A stretch of 64,000 bases of DNA, taken from Gammaproteobacteria bacterium. GTDB lineage: Bacteria > Pseudomonadota > Gammaproteobacteria > UBA4575. A model generated the notes under the pieces. That model saw only the letters and a program-made list of their open reading frames with translations, ran no database searches and had not been told where the DNA came from. The stretch spans positions 928,001 through 992,000 of the forward strand of contig CBDEUS010000001.1 in NCBI GenBank assembly GCA_965243395.1. Reading direction: 5' to 3'. Numbering within the stretch: position 1 is the stretch's first letter; each line of letters begins with the position of its first letter. Below are positions 38,747 to 48,253 of the stretch, one piece after another. The position numbers were made by a program, and so were the translations under genes.

Positions 38747-38788
38747 ATTTGGTAAAAATTCCTTTATTAGTAATTAATTAAAGTAAAC

Positions 38789-39712
38789 ATGAACGAGTAT
38801 GCTTTAAAGATTAGTGGTCTAAGCAAGACTTATAAGAATAAAGTGATTGCTTTAAATAATATAGACCTTGAAGTCAAAATGGGTGATTTCTTTGCCTTAT
38901 TAGGTCCAAATGGCGCTGGCAAGTCCACCCTAATTGGCATTCTTACTTCACTAATTAACAAAACCGCTGGCAAAGTCCACATAATGGGGTGTGATATAGA
39001 CACCGAATTCTCTAAAGCAAAAAGCCAAATCGGTTTAGTCCCGCAAGAGTTCAATTTCAACAACTTTGAGCCACTAGTTGAAATAGTAAAAAGTCAGGCG
39101 GGCTATTATGGAATGGAAAAAAGTGTAGCGAGTGATGCTTCAGAAGATTGTTTACAGAAATTAGGTTTATGGGAAAAGCGTAAATCCACTCCGCGTGAAC
39201 TTTCCGGCGGTATGAGACGTAGGCTTATGATTGCACGTGCTTTAGTGCACGACCCGCAACTGCTAATTTTAGACGAACCTACAGCTGGTGTAGATATCGA
39301 AATACGTCGCTCAATGTGGGAACTGCTTAGCAAAATCAATGAAAATGGTAAAACAATTATCTTGACCACTCACTATTTAGAAGAGGCAGAAAGCCTCTGT
39401 AAAAATATAGCTATTATCGATCATGGAAAAATTATCGTAGATACATCAATGCGTGAGCTGCTGGAAAAACTAAATGAAGAAAGTTTTATACTTTATTTAC
39501 AAAAACCAATTTCTAATAATTTAGAACTATCCGAATACCAATTTGTATTGCTAGATAATAAAACTATAGAAATTACATTAACTGATGGAAAATCGCTTCA
39601 TGAACTATTTTCGCTTCTTTATGAACAGGGGATTGAAGTTTTAAGCATCAAAAATAAATCAAACCGTTTAGAAGAACTATTTCTTAAGTTAACCGGTAAT
39701 TCTAGTTCCTAA
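38789..39712 (+). CDS. yadG: ABC-2 transporter ATP-binding protein (YadG-like)
   Basis: GPNGAGKST, LSGGM, LILDEPTAGVDIE, KSNRLEELF. Confidence 0.9.
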   Translation: MNEYALKISGLSKTYKNKVIALNNIDLEVKMGDFFALLGPNGAGKSTLIGILTSLINKTAGKVHIMGCDIDTEFSKAKSQIGLVPQEFNFNNFEPLVEIVKSQAGYYGMEKSVASDASEDCLQKLGLWEKRKSTPRELSGGMRRRLMIARALVHDPQLLILDEPTAGVDIEIRRSMWELLSKINENGKTIILTTHYLEEAESLCKNIAIIDHGKIIVDTSMRELLEKLNEESFILYLQKPISNNLELSEYQFVLLDNKTIEITLTDGKSLHELFSLLYEQGIEVLSIKNKSNRLEELFLKLTGNSSS

Positions 39713-39718
39713 TTTAAT

Positions 39719-40492
39719 ATGACATTTAACGAACAATTTATTGCTCTACGCACGATTGTGGTAAAAGAAATTCGGCGCTTCATGAGAATTTGGATTCAGA
39801 CGATTCTTCCCCCTGCAATCACGATGAGTTTATATTTTATTATTATGGGGAAATTTATTGGCTCACAAATTAATGATATTCAAGGTTATTCTTATATAGA
39901 GTTTATTGCTCCTGGGTTGATTATGATGAGTATCATTACTAACTCATATGCTAATTCTGTGTCGTCTTTTTATAGTTCTAAATTTCAGCGTCATATTGAA
40001 GAAATGCTTGTATCCCCTATGCCTAACTACATTATTATTATAGGTTTCATGTTGGGTGGTGTTGCTCGTGGAATTATTGTCGGTATAGCGGTCACTATAG
40101 TTGCACTATTTTTTACAGACTTGGAAATTTACAATATTGGATTAGTTCTAATTACAGTTCTTTTAACATCTGCCCTATTTTCGCTCGCAGGAATTATAAA
40201 TGGAGTTTTTGCTAACAGCTTTGATGATATTTCTATCATTCCGACTTTTGTATTAACACCACTCACTTATTTGGGAGGTGTTTTTTTCAGCATTAATATG
40301 CTCTCAGAATTCTGGCAGACTGTATCTTTAGCTAATCCCATACTTTATATGGTAAACAGTTTCAGACTTAGTATTTTGGGTATTACAGACATAAGCCTGC
40401 AATCAGCTATCACTGTAATGCTTAGTTTTTTTATAGTTTTGTTTTTTATATGCCTCTATCTACTCAATAAAGGCATAGGAATTAGAACTTAA
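39719..40492 (+). CDS. yadH: ABC-2 transporter permease (YadH-like)
   Basis: KEIRRFMRIWIQTILPP, PGLIMMSIITNSY, FDDISIIPTFVLTPLTYLGGVF. Confidence 0.9.
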   Translation: MTFNEQFIALRTIVVKEIRRFMRIWIQTILPPAITMSLYFIIMGKFIGSQINDIQGYSYIEFIAPGLIMMSIITNSYANSVSSFYSSKFQRHIEEMLVSPMPNYIIIIGFMLGGVARGIIVGIAVTIVALFFTDLEIYNIGLVLITVLLTSALFSLAGIINGVFANSFDDISIIPTFVLTPLTYLGGVFFSINMLSEFWQTVSLANPILYMVNSFRLSILGITDISLQSAITVMLSFFIVLFFICLYLLNKGIGIRT

Positions 40493-40504
40493 TATCTTCG
40501 GTGC

Positions 40505-41788
40505 CTAATGGTTTGCCGCTGCCGGGCCACCAATAATTGTATCTTCGATAGAGACTACTGTGTCGCTTGAACCAGCGGTGTCTGTTGGTGATTTCTCACC
40601 AGTGTAGTCTGTTGTATCTATTTGGAACATCATTCTGTAAGGACCGAATGCAATTTTATCGCCATTTTTTAGCACGCACTTTCGTATGCGCCTGCCATTT
40701 ACAAACGAACCATTAGTGCTGACGATATCTTCAATAAAATAGTTATTTTGGAAACGAATTATTTTTGCATGATGTCCACTCACCATTTCATCTTTTAGAC
40801 GTATGTCATTTGTCCCGATTCTGCCAATTGTTGTGGCATCTTCAGTGATTGGATATTCGCGCACCTCGTCATGCATTAGATCAACCAACTTTGCAGGGAT
40901 ATCAAATTCAACTGCTATAGTCGGCTTGCCTTGAAGCGCCTTGATTCCTACGCGTTCATGGTATGGTACCCACTGTAGCTCATTCACTGCTTCTTCAATA
41001 ATTTTAGCCGTTACTGTTTTTTTATTTTCAACAAATGCGCATATTAATGCCGTATCACATAGTGAATTGATTAAACGTGGTATACCGCCAGTATAACGAT
41101 ATATAACGGGAATACATTCATCCTTGATAATTTTAGGAATAGAAGAGGATTTGTTCTTTTTAATACCAGCTACATCTAATCTATGACTAATATAGTTTTG
41201 AATATCATCTTCATCTAATGCAGCAAGGTGAAATCTAAATCGAATCCTCTGGGCCAGTTGCTCCATGCCTGGCGCATCAAGCAGATTTTTAAGTTCTGGT
41301 TGGCCGACTAAAATTAGATTCAAAATCCTCTCTTCGTCAGTTTCCATTCCTGTTAACATCCGAAGTTCTTCTAATACACGTTTGTTTAGGTTTTGGGCTT
41401 CGTCGACGATTAATATTACTTGTCGACCTTCTGCATACTGCTCAAGCAGAAAATCATTAAGCATAGCAATTAGCTCAACTTTTCCTGCTTTGAATGGATC
41501 TAAGCCAAGTTCATTTAATATAGCTTGGAAAAACTCAATTTCATTTAACTGGGTTTGATAAATACGTGCAATGAGTACATTTTCATCAACCGACCTTAAC
41601 AGTTGTTGAATTAGAGTTGTTTTGCCAGAACCAATTTCACCAGTAATCACTACAAAACCATCACGATTCCATACCGTGTATTCCATATAAGATTTGGCAC
41701 GGTTGTGCGCTTTACTCAAGTAGAGAAAGTCTGCATCTGGTGTTAATTGAAATGGCTGATGCTCGAGCCCAAAGTGTTTCAGATACAT
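40505..41788 (-). CDS. ExeA/GspA-type AAA ATPase with C-terminal FHA domain
   Basis: MYLKHFGL..PFQLTPD, GEIGSGKTT, LIVDEAQ, LVGQPEL, GGIPRLIN; FHA motifs IGR...VSGHHA...STNGSFVNG. Confidence 0.9.
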   Translation of the reverse strand: MYLKHFGLEHQPFQLTPDADFLYLSKAHNRAKSYMEYTVWNRDGFVVITGEIGSGKTTLIQQLLRSVDENVLIARIYQTQLNEIEFFQAILNELGLDPFKAGKVELIAMLNDFLLEQYAEGRQVILIVDEAQNLNKRVLEELRMLTGMETDEERILNLILVGQPELKNLLDAPGMEQLAQRIRFRFHLAALDEDDIQNYISHRLDVAGIKKNKSSSIPKIIKDECIPVIYRYTGGIPRLINSLCDTALICAFVENKKTVTAKIIEEAVNELQWVPYHERVGIKALQGKPTIAVEFDIPAKLVDLMHDEVREYPITEDATTIGRIGTNDIRLKDEMVSGHHAKIIRFQNNYFIEDIVSTNGSFVNGRRIRKCVLKNGDKIAFGPYRMMFQIDTTDYTGEKSPTDTAGSSDTVVSIEDTIIGGPAAANH

Positions 41789-42044
41789 TCTAAAATGGCC
41801 TCAGTTAAAGATAATAATTCCGTAAATCTTTAAAATTATTGTAATTTATTGTTTCAAAACTATTTGATCACAAATTATAGGGATAATTTATAGCCTGCTT
41901 GGGGACGTAATTCACAAAACATCCTAAAAAACTCATCAACCGAATGAAAAGAATTTTAGTCCTTTGATCCAGTTCACGGTCACTAATCACCCGAAAACGC
42001 TATTGTTTATCGTCTATAAATAGTTGTATTTACAGTATATTATC

Positions 42045-42203
42045 ATGGAAGAACAAAGAGAAGATGACACTCAAAATCAAATTGATGCTGGACGAGGTGT
42101 CGCTAAAGAACAAAATCCTGATTCAAATAAAAATACCACTCTAAATCAAGAAGATGATGATAATGATCGCCCTGATGAGAGAGCGAGAAAAGCAGGTTAC
42201 TAA
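42045..42203 (+). CDS. small acidic hypothetical peptide (52 aa)
   Basis: MEEQREDDTQNQIDAGRGVAKEQNPDSNKNTTLNQEDDDNDRPDERARKAGY; below the ORF-track cutoff, purine-rich coding-like composition. Confidence 0.55.
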   Translation: MEEQREDDTQNQIDAGRGVAKEQNPDSNKNTTLNQEDDDNDRPDERARKAGY

Positions 42204-42231
42204 CTAACTGATACAAATTTTTACATTAGTT

Positions 42232-43602
42232 TTAAGCTGCAAGGCGTTCAACATTCATTTTCATACCAAATTTAGGCCGCATTGTTGTTGCAGCATGTTT
42301 CTCAACTTTATGGCCAGGATACAAACTCAAGTTATAACGCTGTGCGATGAGCGCTACGACTAATTTACTTTGCATCAATGCCATGTACGAGCCAATGCAA
42401 TTACGGTGTCCTGCTGCAAAAGGAATATAAGCAAAGCGTGAACGCCCTACAGAACGCTCTTTGTCAAAACGACTGGGATCGAAGGTATCGGGCTCATCCC
42501 AATACTCCGGTAAGCGGTGAGTTACATAGGAAGAAATTATCACTGTCATATCTTTAGGTACGAGGTAACCCCCTATTTCATGGTCTTCTAATGCAACACG
42601 CGAAAAAGAATGTACCGAAGAATATAAACGTAAAGATTCCTTAATCACTTTCTCGGTGTAATCAAGCTTATTTAAGGAGTCAGCCGTTGGAGTTTGATCG
42701 CCTATTACTCGGTTTACCTCATCATATATTTTTTGCTTAACCTGAGGATATTTATCAATAACATACATCGTCCAACATAGCGAAGTAGCTGTAGTCTCAA
42801 ATGCTGTTACAAATAATGTAAGCAACTGGTCTCTCAAACTTCTCTTTTGACTTATTATTGAGCTCCTAACAGATGCATTATCAATGCTGTCCTCAATTAA
42901 AAGGTGTTTTAAAAACCCTATATCATTATTAATAATATCAGGATATTCATCTAATAATTCATACACTGTCTTATTTAAAGCCTTGAGAGCTCTTCTGAAA
43001 TTTATTTCTTTTTTTAGATTTTTGGGCTTTAACAAGGAGGATTTTAAATCCGTCATTTCAGGCCAGTTCATTCTTATTTGATTATAAATATCGAATACTC
43101 TTTGTGAGCGCGATTTAAACCCTTCGCCCATTACCCAAACACCCGCCAACAACTGCGTTAACAGGTTAAATTGAAACTCAAGCTCGATCGGCTTTTCTTG
43201 TTTGGCGTTATCTCCCCAAGTGTCAATGAAGTTAGACGCTAAACCCGTTATCCAGTCGACCTGTTTATCTAGTGACTTGGATGTAAATTTGGGTTGCGCA
43301 TGAGATCTCTGGTGTCTCCATACATCGCCTTCACTTAATAACATACCCTCACCTATCACCATGCGGACTTGTTTGTAGCGGGTATTTTTCTTGTACTTCT
43401 CATAATGATCTACAAGAACTTCCTTTATCAATTTGGGATCAGAAACGAGATAGGAATAATATGCCCCCATATTGATACGAGCGATCCCACCATGTTCTGA
43501 AGCTACTTTTTTAAGAAACTCCATAGGGTTTGCGCGCATTTCCGGCAAACAACCTAATTTGCCATCTCCTTCAGGCCCAGGTGGAAGCTGATGCTTAGAC
43601 AT
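42232..43602 (-). CDS. cytochrome P450
   Basis: PPGP N-terminus, ESLR (ExxR), FDPSRF, heme motif PFAAGHRNCIG. Confidence 0.94.
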   Translation of the reverse strand: MSKHQLPPGPEGDGKLGCLPEMRANPMEFLKKVASEHGGIARINMGAYYSYLVSDPKLIKEVLVDHYEKYKKNTRYKQVRMVIGEGMLLSEGDVWRHQRSHAQPKFTSKSLDKQVDWITGLASNFIDTWGDNAKQEKPIELEFQFNLLTQLLAGVWVMGEGFKSRSQRVFDIYNQIRMNWPEMTDLKSSLLKPKNLKKEINFRRALKALNKTVYELLDEYPDIINNDIGFLKHLLIEDSIDNASVRSSIISQKRSLRDQLLTLFVTAFETTATSLCWTMYVIDKYPQVKQKIYDEVNRVIGDQTPTADSLNKLDYTEKVIKESLRLYSSVHSFSRVALEDHEIGGYLVPKDMTVIISSYVTHRLPEYWDEPDTFDPSRFDKERSVGRSRFAYIPFAAGHRNCIGSYMALMQSKLVVALIAQRYNLSLYPGHKVEKHAATTMRPKFGMKMNVERLAA

Positions 43603-43633
43603 TATCTAAAATAATGATTTTTAGTTTGATTTA

Positions 43634-44053
43634 TTAATTGTTCTGACAGTTTGCGTTGTCGCAGACTCCGTAAATAATTAATGAATGATCAGAAATACGA
43701 AAACCATTCTTTTCGGCAATTTCTTTTTGCTTGTTTTCAATCTTTTCATCCACAAATTCTACAATCTTGCCACACGTTACACAGATCAAATGGTCATGAT
43801 GCTTACCGCTTTCCAACTCAAATACGGCTTGCCCGGATTCAAAGTGATGACGTATAACAAGTCCTGCCCCTTCAAATTGTGTTAATACACGGTAAATTGT
43901 CGCTAAACCAATCTCTTCGTCTGAATCAAGCAGTACTTTATAAATATCTTCTGCACTCATATGTTTTTTATTAGAACCCTCCAGGATTTCTAATATTTTC
44001 ATGCGTGGCAAAGTAACTTTTAAACCCGCGCGTTTTAAATCCTGATTTTCCAT
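43634..44053 (-). CDS. fur: ferric uptake regulator
   Basis: AGLKVTLPRMKIL, IGLATIYRVLTQF, HHDHLIC..CG. Confidence 0.96.
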   Translation of the reverse strand: MENQDLKRAGLKVTLPRMKILEILEGSNKKHMSAEDIYKVLLDSDEEIGLATIYRVLTQFEGAGLVIRHHFESGQAVFELESGKHHDHLICVTCGKIVEFVDEKIENKQKEIAEKNGFRISDHSLIIYGVCDNANCQNN

Positions 44054-44077
44054 TCTATATATGTCTTGGTACTCGAA

Positions 44078-44452
44078 TTACTTGTCGTAAAAGTTCTTTT
44101 TCTTAAAATATTCTAATTTACGCATTAGGCTTTTTACTGCTTGTTCATACGTATGGGTAATATTTGAAAAACAATAACCCCGCAACCATGCTTCTAATTC
44201 TTCAACGGTTTTTTTATTTACTATGCTATAGGTGTCTTCAGTAAGATAGTTATACGAAGAAATGTACCCTGACAGCCAAGTACGATAATAAGATTTACCC
44301 ACCTCGTCCGCATCCACAAACCCTCGGCATGAATCTTTGCCTACTCCAGAAACCAAATAGCGACCTGCCATATCTGCAGCATTGACTAAGTTACCAGCAA
44401 AAACTAATACAAACACTAAAAATATCTTTACGAAAAAAAGTTTGTGCTTCAT
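44078..44452 (-). CDS. small exported hypothetical protein with Cys pair
   Basis: Signal peptide from ATG 44452, G.DSC...WLSGYISSYN...WLRGYC. Confidence 0.7.
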   Translation of the reverse strand: MKHKLFFVKIFLVFVLVFAGNLVNAADMAGRYLVSGVGKDSCRGFVDADEVGKSYYRTWLSGYISSYNYLTEDTYSIVNKKTVEELEAWLRGYCFSNITHTYEQAVKSLMRKLEYFKKKNFYDK

Positions 44453-44495
44453 GAAGAAGAATATCTTGCCATATAAAAGAAATAGTGTACCCAGT

Positions 44496-44525
44496 AAAAA
44501 CAAAACCCGCCACGATGGGCGGGTT
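44496..44525 (-). terminator. rho-independent terminator
   Basis: AACCCGCC-ACGATG-GGCGGGTT stem-loop followed by TTGTTTTT on the minus strand. Confidence 0.8.
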
Positions 44526-44968
44526 GATAGATGCCTTTCTTTTGCGATTCAACTTTAGCGTTTATACGTTTTAATTGATGACCCAACTAGAGGAGAAAGG
44601 GCTGCTAAATGTATTTACGCAAGGCTATATGATGGTTTCAGAAGATTTGTTTTATAGTTATTGCTCCTTCTGGATTCTCTATTTCGCCTCTCAACGCAAT
44701 GAGATTAATGTACCACCAGTCGCTAAATTACCACAGCTTAACCCAAAGAGGTACATTAAAAATGAGGTTAAATGCATTGATGTTTCTATATTTTTACAGC
44801 TATGTAACTAAAACTCATTTGAAAACAGGAAGATATGTATTCTAGCTAAATTGAATATAAACATATTTAGCATATATTATTGAATATAAAGGGATTTATA
44901 GAGTTCTTATTCTATAAATCCTAAGGATCAAATAATTATGATAAAGCAGACTCTTAATTAAGAGTTCA

Positions 44969-45586
44969 CTAGAGCTTGTGCGTACCTTTCATTCGAGAGT
45001 CCCAAGGAATTTCAGGTCCAGATGCTCCGGCGAGTAACTCGCGATCATTGGGGACATGTTTTACGAATTGAACAATAGCAGTCGATAATTGCCGTAAGCG
45101 TTCCAATGCACCTTCATCTACCAGCACACCATCACGGTAATAATCAGAGGTTAAATAGACACCACCTGGTAATGCATGAGCATGGAAAAAGCCTAAAAGT
45201 GGTTTTATTTCGTGTTCAATACTCAAATAATGATGTTGTGTGGATGCAGTAACGATAATTCCTACAGGCTTACCCACTAACGCATCATTTGGGATTACAT
45301 CAAAAACATTTTTTAAAATACCCGTATACGAACCTCGATATACCGGTGTACCCAGAATCAAAGCATCCGCAGCAACAATTTTATCGATTAAAGTCTTGGT
45401 GTCTCCTTCATACAATGCCGGATCTCGACCATCACAAAGCACAATATCGAGATCACGAACATTAATCGTTTCCATAGATATGTTTGGATCTTCCTGATGA
45501 GCATATTTTACCGCTTGTTTGACTGCATTTAATGTTCTAGAAGCAGCATTTCGTGCGGGGCTACCAGATAAGCCAAGCAAATTCAT
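44969..45586 (-). CDS. NAD(P)H-dependent FMN reductase (SsuE/MsuE-like)
   Basis: GLSGSP...SRT, GTPVYRGSYTGILKNVFD, HYLSIEHEIKPLLGFF. Confidence 0.9.
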   Translation of the reverse strand: MNLLGLSGSPARNAASRTLNAVKQAVKYAHQEDPNISMETINVRDLDIVLCDGRDPALYEGDTKTLIDKIVAADALILGTPVYRGSYTGILKNVFDVIPNDALVGKPVGIIVTASTQHHYLSIEHEIKPLLGFFHAHALPGGVYLTSDYYRDGVLVDEGALERLRQLSTAIVQFVKHVPNDRELLAGASGPEIPWDSRMKGTHKL

Positions 45587-45600
45587 TAGGGTTCCTAAAA

Positions 45601-46842
45601 TTATTTCCAGTGTGGAACTATATTTTTAAGCTCGATTACATGTCCCATTTTATCGCGCTTGGCTTCCATATATCTTCGTCGATACTCACTATCGGTTGGT
45701 GCAATCATCGGAATACGCTCAACTAAATTAATATCGTAGGCGTCCATCCAATTGCATTTGTCGGGGTTGTTGGTGATCAGCTGAGCGTTTTTAACGTTCA
45801 GTGCTCTAAGCATATGAGCAGCCACAGAAAAATCACGCTGATCGGCATCAAAACCTAGCTCTATATTGGCATCTACCGTATCCAGACCCTGCTCTTGTAA
45901 CGAATAAGCTTTAAGCTTATTTATGAGACCAATTCCACGGCCTTCATCGCGCATATAGATAATTACACCCTGCTGGTTTTGTTGCACCATGTCCATAGCC
46001 ATGCGGACTTGTTCGCCGCAGTCACATCGCATGGACCCAAAGACATCACCCGTTAAACATTCCGAATGAATACGCACCAAGACCTTATCATCAGGCTCCC
46101 ATTCACCATGTACCAAGGCTATATGCTCTTTATCGGTATATATGTCTTTAAAAGCAGAAATTTGAAAATCACCCCAACATGTAGGAAGGTCCACAGTGAT
46201 CTCATGTTCTACGCGTGATTCATAACGCAAACGATGCTTGATCAGCTCTTTAATTGTAAGAATTTTCAAATTATGTTGTTTTGCGAACTCAAACAGGTCT
46301 GGCAGTCGTGCCATGCTGCCATCTTCTTTCATAATCTCGCAAAGGACACCAACAGGACTTAATCCTGCAAGCTCCATTAAATCTACTGTAGCTTCAGTAT
46401 GACCATCTCTTCTAAACACTCCGCCGCGTGTTGCGCGCAAGGGAAAGACATGTCCTGGTCGCGCAAAATCATTTGCGGCTGTGGAAGGATCTGCAAGTGC
46501 TTTTATCGTTTTATAACGGTCAGAGGCAGATATTCCAGTAGTAGTGCCATGAATATAATCAACGGATACGGTGAATGGAGTTTTGTGCAGAGCATTATTT
46601 TCGTCCGACTCGACCATCAGGTCTAAACCCAGCCTTCTTGAGCGCTCTTCGGTGATGGCAGCACAAATTAGGCCTCGGCCAAATTTGGCCAAGAAATTCA
46701 CCATTTCAGGTGTGCACTTATCCGCCGCTCCTATTAAATCGCCTTCATTCTCACGGGATTCATCGTCTACAACAATCACAAGCTTGCCCAACTTGAGATC
46801 TTCTAAAACTTCAGTGACGGTATTAAATGAATATTCGCTCAT
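45601..46842 (-). CDS. ribBA: bifunctional DHBP synthase / GTP cyclohydrolase II
   Basis: DDESRENEGD, TTTGISASDR, RPGHVFPL, GHTEA; RIHSECLTGDVFGSMRCDCG Zn site; start at ATG 46842. Confidence 0.95.
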   Translation of the reverse strand: MSEYSFNTVTEVLEDLKLGKLVIVVDDESRENEGDLIGAADKCTPEMVNFLAKFGRGLICAAITEERSRRLGLDLMVESDENNALHKTPFTVSVDYIHGTTTGISASDRYKTIKALADPSTAANDFARPGHVFPLRATRGGVFRRDGHTEATVDLMELAGLSPVGVLCEIMKEDGSMARLPDLFEFAKQHNLKILTIKELIKHRLRYESRVEHEITVDLPTCWGDFQISAFKDIYTDKEHIALVHGEWEPDDKVLVRIHSECLTGDVFGSMRCDCGEQVRMAMDMVQQNQQGVIIYMRDEGRGIGLINKLKAYSLQEQGLDTVDANIELGFDADQRDFSVAAHMLRALNVKNAQLITNNPDKCNWMDAYDINLVERIPMIAPTDSEYRRRYMEAKRDKMGHVIELKNIVPHWK

Positions 46843-46975
46843 AATCAGTTGATAATATTTGGCTTTAAATGGTTTCTGTAATCTTAAATAGTAAATGACC
46901 TCTAAGGCATTTGCACCTACCACTTTGGCGTTAATCCGAGGAATTTAGGCCATTAGTCAGTAGCGTATATTCAGA

Positions 46976-47063
46976 TGGTGCCCGGGGCCGGAGTCGAACC
47001 GGCACGGTATTATCTACCGAGGGATTTTAAGTCCCTTGCGTCTACCAATTTCGCCACCCGGGC
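46976..47063 (-). tRNA. tRNA-Leu (TAA)
   Basis: GCCCGGGTGGCGAAATTGGTAGACGCAAGGGACTTAAAATCCC...GGTTCGACTCCGGCCCCGGGCACCA with long variable arm. Confidence 0.96.
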
Positions 47064-47131
47064 TAATACAGTTAGTACCTAATAGTGCGGCTACACCGAT
47101 TTTATTTGCGAGCAATACCCACTCGCAAGTG

Positions 47132-47205
47132 TGGAGGCTAGGACCGGAATCGAACCGGTGTCTACGGTTTTGCAAACCGCTGTATAACCACTCTACCACC
47201 TAGCC
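47132..47205 (-). tRNA. tRNA-Cys (GCA)
   Basis: GGCTAGGTGGTAGAGTGGTTATACAGCGGTTTGCAAAACCG...GGTTCGATTCCGGTCCTAGCCTCCA, 74 nt. Confidence 0.95.
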
Positions 47206-47246
47206 AGATTAACTACTAAATGAGTATATACAAGACTAATACAAAT

Positions 47247-47275
47247 AAAAAAACCTCGGAAGGAACCAGAGGTTT
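47247..47275 (-). terminator. putative rho-independent terminator upstream of tRNA-Cys
   Basis: AAACCTC...GAGGTTT inverted repeat preceded by an A run on the plus strand. Confidence 0.5.
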
Positions 47276-47776
47276 ACTTGGCGAAGCTCTATCTAATATG
47301 CGAGCTATATTAGCAATCCATATCAATGTGTAAAAGTACTTTAGTTCGCAGCTATATATCTGAAAATGCTGATATTAAAGAGGCTACCCTATGAGCTTTT
47401 CATACCTCTTTCTCAAATTGTTTACTGGAACCTCAATCAAGCTTGATTGTACTGCCCACTTTCTAAGTTCAATCCAACCTCGTTTCGTTTACGTCGGTGT
47501 AAGTCATGAGTATTTCGGACTTTACGCTAGCTACTTCTAATTCTTAGACCAAAGCTTGAATACGTCATATTTATTAGTAACTTGGAAGGGTTTTTGCTCT
47601 GTAACCTTTTTTTACAATTCAGTAAAAAAACTCTAACTTGTTAAACTTTGTTAACACGCTGTTACTAATAAAAAATGTGCGAGGTGTATCAATATTAGAG
47701 ATCACTAAATTTGCCAATATGAATCAGCAGGCTTCGTGCATATTTGCTGTGACATGAATAAATAAGGACATTTATC

Positions 47777-48253
47777 GTGAGTGATAGATTTGATAAAAAT
47801 GAAGAAAAAAATGGTATATCTGATGCATGTTTAGATATTAATGCAGCTTCAGTGTTATTTGGCTTAAGTCTGGTAAATAAAGCTAAACTACATTTAAAAA
47901 AGCCTTTGCAACAAGCAAATTTGACTTTGACACAGTGGCTGGTGTTGAAAATTATTTATCTAGAACGTGCAGACACACCAACGAGCATTTCCAAAACGAT
48001 TGATGCAGATCCAACAACTATTACTCGTCATTTAGATACTTTAGAAGAGCGAGGGTTAATTGATCGTAACCACGACAAAAATGACCGTCGCGTTATCCAA
48101 TTAATCATTACCAAAAAAGGGATTTCAGTAGCTAAATCAATATATCAAGGCTATTCAGGTATATTTAATGATTTTGAACGCTACATGACAACTGATGAGC
48201 GCGTCATTTGGAAAAAAATTGAACATTGCGTTCATAAACACCTAAAAGAGTAA
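47777..48253 (+). CDS. MarR family transcriptional regulator
   Basis: LTLTQWLVL, TITRHLDTLEERGLI, DRRVIQLIITKKG. Confidence 0.9.
   Translation: MSDRFDKNEEKNGISDACLDINAASVLFGLSLVNKAKLHLKKPLQQANLTLTQWLVLKIIYLERADTPTSISKTIDADPTTITRHLDTLEERGLIDRNHDKNDRRVIQLIITKKGISVAKSIYQGYSGIFNDFERYMTTDERVIWKKIEHCVHKHLKE

Noticed and set aside
44575-44811. 78-aa plus-strand ORF
   Set aside because: TTG start, no recognisable motif, and opposite to the promoter/terminator signals of the candidate sRNA
47014-47199. 61-aa ORF on the minus strand
   Set aside because: Overlaps tRNA-Cys and tRNA-Leu
47476-47486. AACCTCGTTTC matching the tRNA-Gly T-arm/acceptor region as a possible att site
   Set aside because: Only 11 bp and inverted relative to the tRNA gene, whereas att duplications are direct repeats
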